Below, piece by piece: positions 60,879 to 64,000 of a stretch of DNA of 64,000 nucleotides. The DNA is from an uncultured Pseudomonadota bacterium (GTDB taxonomy: Bacteria > Pseudomonadota > Alphaproteobacteria > Rs-D84): NCBI GenBank assembly GCA_949290785.1, contig CASETE010000013.1, positions 3,529 through 67,528 of the forward strand, read 5' to 3'. A program made the translations under genes and the position numbers. The notes beneath the pieces are model-generated. The model was given only the letters and a program-made list of their open reading frames with translations, did no database searches and was not told the origin of the DNA. Position 1 is the stretch's first letter; the number at the start of each line of letters is the position of its first letter.

Positions 60879-61307
60879 CTACCACACGACTTTCAGTCGT
60901 CCCAAATCTTTTTGCCCCTGTTGTTCAATATATTTTTTGATTATCGTTTCGTCTATCCCTGCCGTTGATACAAAATACCCATCAGACCAAATACCGTCGT
61001 GCCTAAAATATGTTTTTTCAAGAAATGCGTACCTTTCTCTCATCTGCCTGCTGGTATTTGTTTTTATTATGCGAACTACGTTACCCACAGATATTGACGG
61101 TGCTACCGATATCAACATATGTATATGATCTCTATCGTGGTTTATTTCTAATATTTCTATCTGTGGGTAACGTTTACATATTATTTCTACGCATTTCTTG
61201 AAAAAACTAAACGTGCCATCATTGAATATTTTACGACGGTATTTGGTCGGTAAAACTATGTGATAACGGCAGTGATAGACATAATGTGAACCTAACGTTA
61301 ATTCCAT
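60879..61307 (-). CDS. tnpA: IS200-type Y1 (HUH) transposase TnpA
   Basis: YHCRYHIVLPTKYRRKIF, HUH motif DHIHMLISV, ...GIWSDGYFVSTAG...IKKYIEQQ (catalytic Tyr region). 142 aa and apparently intact. Confidence 0.93.
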   Translation of the reverse strand: MELTLGSHYVYHCRYHIVLPTKYRRKIFNDGTFSFFKKCVEIICKRYPQIEILEINHDRDHIHMLISVAPSISVGNVVRIIKTNTSRQMRERYAFLEKTYFRHDGIWSDGYFVSTAGIDETIIKKYIEQQGQKDLGRLKVVW

Positions 61308-61344
61308 ACCTTTATCTTAGAACAAAAGATTTGGGTTGTCTACA

Positions 61345-61370
61345 TCCCTCGGGCTTACGCCCGGGGTATT
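61345..61370 (+). repeat. 26-nt subterminal hairpin repeat, copy 2 (identical, same orientation)
   Basis: tccctcgggcttacgcccggggtatt. Confidence 0.9.
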
Positions 61371-61388
61371 ACGTCAGAACAATAAAAC

Positions 61389-61419
61389 AAAAAATCCCGC
61401 GTATCTTGCGGGATTTTTT
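61389..61419. terminator. Palindromic terminator next to the IS
   Basis: aaaaaatcccgc-gtatctt-gcgggatttttt. Confidence 0.7.
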
Positions 61420-61437
61420 ATATGAATGTTTTTTATA

Positions 61438-61665
61438 TCATCTTTTCTTTTCGCCTTGGTGTTTCGCACTTTGAAGGGCTGTGCGTAATGACTGCTCTGC
61501 AATTTGACGTATTTTTTGTGCAAATGTTCGCATGTTCATCGCGTCCGCAACACTGTCCCCAAATATTTGGGCAATATATTCAATCTGCGTCGGCGCAATT
61601 ACAAAAACTTCGCTGGTTATGTTTGATGGTTTCAGATTGTATACGTTTTCCCTGATTTCTCTCAT
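61438..61665 (-). CDS. 75-aa hypothetical protein
   Basis: ORF with the ATG at 61665 preceded by GAGGG, and a basic C-terminus. No family recognised; it may not be expressed. Confidence 0.35.
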   Translation of the reverse strand: MREIRENVYNLKPSNITSEVFVIAPTQIEYIAQIFGDSVADAMNMRTFAQKIRQIAEQSLRTALQSAKHQGEKKR

Positions 61666-61820
61666 ATTCAAAAGCCCTCGTTTTTATCGGAACCGATTAT
61701 ATTTTTTGTTTTTGTTCCGTTTTACCACTTGTTTGTTCGTTCGCTTGCATTATATCATAAAGTATCTTGACCGCAAGTCACAAAATTGCTATACCATTCT
61801 GGATAAGATAAGGAAAAAAG

Positions 61821-64000
61821 ATGTTAAAAAACGTAATTGGTAAATTAATTGGGTCCGCAAATGACCGCTTGGTTAAGTCTTATGATAAAACCGTTTCTTT
61901 GATTAACGATTTAGAGCCTAAATATCATGCAATGTCCGACGAACAGTTGCGGCAACAGACAGATGTGTTGCGCAAAAGACTGGCCGACGGGGAAAAAGAA
62001 AAAAATATCTTGCCAGATGCGTTCGCCCTTGTACGCGAGGCGTCCATTCGTACAATCGGACTGCGGCATTTTAATGTGCAAATGATCGGCGGTATGGTGC
62101 TGACAAACGGTCAAATCGCAGAAATGAAAACCGGTGAAGGTAAAACCTTGGTCGCAACATTGGCATTGTTCTTGAAAGCGTTGCACGGTAAAGGTGCACA
62201 CCTAATCACCGTTAACGACTATTTGGCGTCGCGCGACGCTAATTGGATGGGGCAAGTATATCGCTTTTTGGGAATGTCAATCGGTATAATTCAGCACGAT
62301 ATGACCGATGACGAAAGACGAAACGCGTATGCGTGCGACATTACTTATGTTACTAATTCTGAATTAGGATTTGATTATCTGCGCGATAACATGAAATTCT
62401 CTAAGGCGCAACAAGTGTTACGCCCGTTGTTCTTTGCTATCGTTGACGAAGTGGACAGCATTTTGATTGACGAAGCCAGAACGCCTTTAATCATATCGGG
62501 CCCGTCCGAAGATACCAGCGAACTTTATGAAAAAGTAGACGCCGTTGTCGCAAAACTTAATCCAGATGATTATAAAAAGGACGAAAAAGACCGTCATGTT
62601 ACCTTGACAGATGTCGGCGTGGACAGCGTGACACGCTTGCTGAAAGATGCGGGGTTGTTGATTGGTGATAATTTGTACGCTTCGGAAAACGCGCCCGTCG
62701 TCATGCATATACAGCAATCTTTGTTGGCGCATCATTTGTATCAGAAAAACGTTAATTATGTCGTTCGTAACGGTGAAATTTTAATCGTTGATGAATTTAC
62801 CGGACGCGTTATGACCGGCAGAAGATTCGGCAAGGGCTTACATCAGGCCATAGAAGCCAAAGAACACGTAAAAGTGCAACCAGAAAATCAGACTGTGTCC
62901 AGTATATCGTATCAGAACTTGTTCCGTCTGTATCCTACTTTATCAGGTATGACGGGTACCGCAATGACCGAGGCAACAGAGTTTGAAGAAATTTACAAGT
63001 TGCGCGTGGTTTCTATACCCACGAACCGTCCGGTTGCCCGCGTGGACCATCACGATGAAATTTATCGCAACAAAGACGAAAAGTATGATGCCATTATAAA
63101 GCAAATCAGCGAATGTATGGAACGTAAGCAGCCTGTATTGGTCGGTACAGTGTCCATCGAGAAATCTGAAGAATTGGCCGCAATTGTACGCGCAAAGCTG
63201 GGAATTCAGCCCGCAGTTTTGAACGCAAAGCACCATGAGTCAGAAGCGAAAATTGTCGCTCAGGCGGGGGCGCCTGGTGCTGTCACCATTGCTACGAACA
63301 TGGCAGGACGTGGTACAGATATTAAATTGGGTGGAAATGCCGAAGAATTAATCGCGACTTTGGATCCAGACGCAGATGATTTTGAAGCAAAAAAACAAGA
63401 AATTTATGAAACTATTGAAAAAAATAAAAAGCAAGTCTTAGATGCTGGTGGCCTGTATGTAATCGGAACGGAACGCCACGAATCGCGTCGTATTGATAAT
63501 CAGTTGCGCGGACGTAGCGGCAGACAAGGAGACCCAGGCGATTCAAAATTCTTCTTGGCGTTGGACGACGATTTAATGCGTATATTTGGGGCCGCGCGCT
63601 TGAACGGTATGTTGACAACGTTGGGATTGAAGCCCGGTGAAGCAATTACGCACCCTTGGATAACAAAAGCCTTGGAAAAAGCGCAAAAACGAGTAGAAGC
63701 AAGGTATTTTGAAGCGCGTAAAGAATTGTTAAAGTACGATGACGTTATGAACGAACAACGCGGCGTCGTTTATAAACAACGTGACGATTTAATGGTGTCT
63801 GATGACTTGGCCCCGCTGGCTAAGGAAATGATTGGTGACGTCGTTGAAATGATTTGCGAAAACAATATACCAGAAAAAACCACTCCGGCTGATTGGAATA
63901 CAAAGGGTATACATGACGCAATGTTGCGGACGTTCGCATTGGATATCACAGATATTGAAAAATGGAAAACAGACGAAACGATAACAGAGCATAAGGCGTT
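61821..64000 (+). CDS. secA: Preprotein translocase ATPase SecA, 3' end cut by the window edge (not in the ORF track)
   Basis: My own translation from the ATG at 61821 gives [19 protein letters not shown]...[27 protein letters not shown]...[12 protein letters not shown]...[19 protein letters not shown]. The frame stays open to nt 64000. Confidence 0.96.
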   Translation, partial: MLKNVIGKLIGSANDRLVKSYDKTVSLINDLEPKYHAMSDEQLRQQTDVLRKRLADGEKEKNILPDAFALVREASIRTIGLRHFNVQMIGGMVLTNGQIAEMKTGEGKTLVATLALFLKALHGKGAHLITVNDYLASRDANWMGQVYRFLGMSIGIIQHDMTDDERRNAYACDITYVTNSELGFDYLRDNMKFSKAQQVLRPLFFAIVDEVDSILIDEARTPLIISGPSEDTSELYEKVDAVVAKLNPDDYKKDEKDRHVTLTDVGVDSVTRLLKDAGLLIGDNLYASENAPVVMHIQQSLLAHHLYQKNVNYVVRNGEILIVDEFTGRVMTGRRFGKGLHQAIEAKEHVKVQPENQTVSSISYQNLFRLYPTLSGMTGTAMTEATEFEEIYKLRVVSIPTNRPVARVDHHDEIYRNKDEKYDAIIKQISECMERKQPVLVGTVSIEKSEELAAIVRAKLGIQPAVLNAKHHESEAKIVAQAGAPGAVTIATNMAGRGTDIKLGGNAEELIATLDPDADDFEAKKQEIYETIEKNKKQVLDAGGLYVIGTERHESRRIDNQLRGRSGRQGDPGDSKFFLALDDDLMRIFGAARLNGMLTTLGLKPGEAITHPWITKALEKAQKRVEARYFEARKELLKYDDVMNEQRGVVYKQRDDLMVSDDLAPLAKEMIGDVVEMICENNIPEKTTPADWNTKGIHDAMLRTFALDITDIEKWKTDETITEHKA

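Larger units (their letters stand above)
60851..61370 (-). mobile_element. IS200/IS605-family insertion sequence (tnpA only); ends approximate
   Basis: A Y1 transposase gene is flanked by the same 26-nt hairpin-forming sequence on both sides. Confidence 0.8.

Overview
This 64-kb chromosomal segment reads like a low-GC, probably host-associated or genome-reduced alphaproteobacterium. Supporting features are a GcrA cell-cycle regulator, a bactofilin plus LmdC-like M23 peptidase pair, ybgC-tolQRA, a type-A RNase P RNA, tightly packed operons with overlapping stop/start codons, and stereotyped A-run/stem/T-run bidirectional terminators. Recognisable housekeeping content: uvrA (5' partial), rlmE, rnhA, tkt, hisS, prfA, aroK, mscL, tlyA, rpiB, lpxA/lpxB, acpS, corA, adk, rpsA, thyA, tig, rpsI/rplM, an EnvZ/OmpR-type pair, ruvB, the tol genes, secA (3' partial, absent from the ORF track), five tRNAs and rnpB. 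Unusual accessory content is interspersed: (1) a 1721-aa secreted protein built of four tandem PKD-like + 31-aa-repeat super-modules, with a small secreted partner; (2) a stand-alone Ffh M-domain gene followed by three overlapping paralogous mini-genes; (3) about 5 kb of oddly gene-poor DNA (18.9-24.2 kb) with T/G-skewed degenerate repeats, enclosing a very AT-rich three-gene cassette bounded by inverted repeats; (4) a minus-strand operon of an orphan A24 prepilin-type peptidase plus three unrecognisable secreted/membrane proteins, next to a 911-aa Cys-rich secreted protein and a gcrA-linked PodJ-like bitopic protein; (5) two tandem glycine-rich paralogues; (6) a 543-aa secreted protein with eukaryote-like CxxCPxGxY cysteine repeats; (7) an intact IS200-type element; (8) an unclassified structured RNA upstream of a porin-like gene. 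All calls rest on motifs read by eye and on family knowledge from memory. No database search, folding or statistics was run, and start codons are best guesses.
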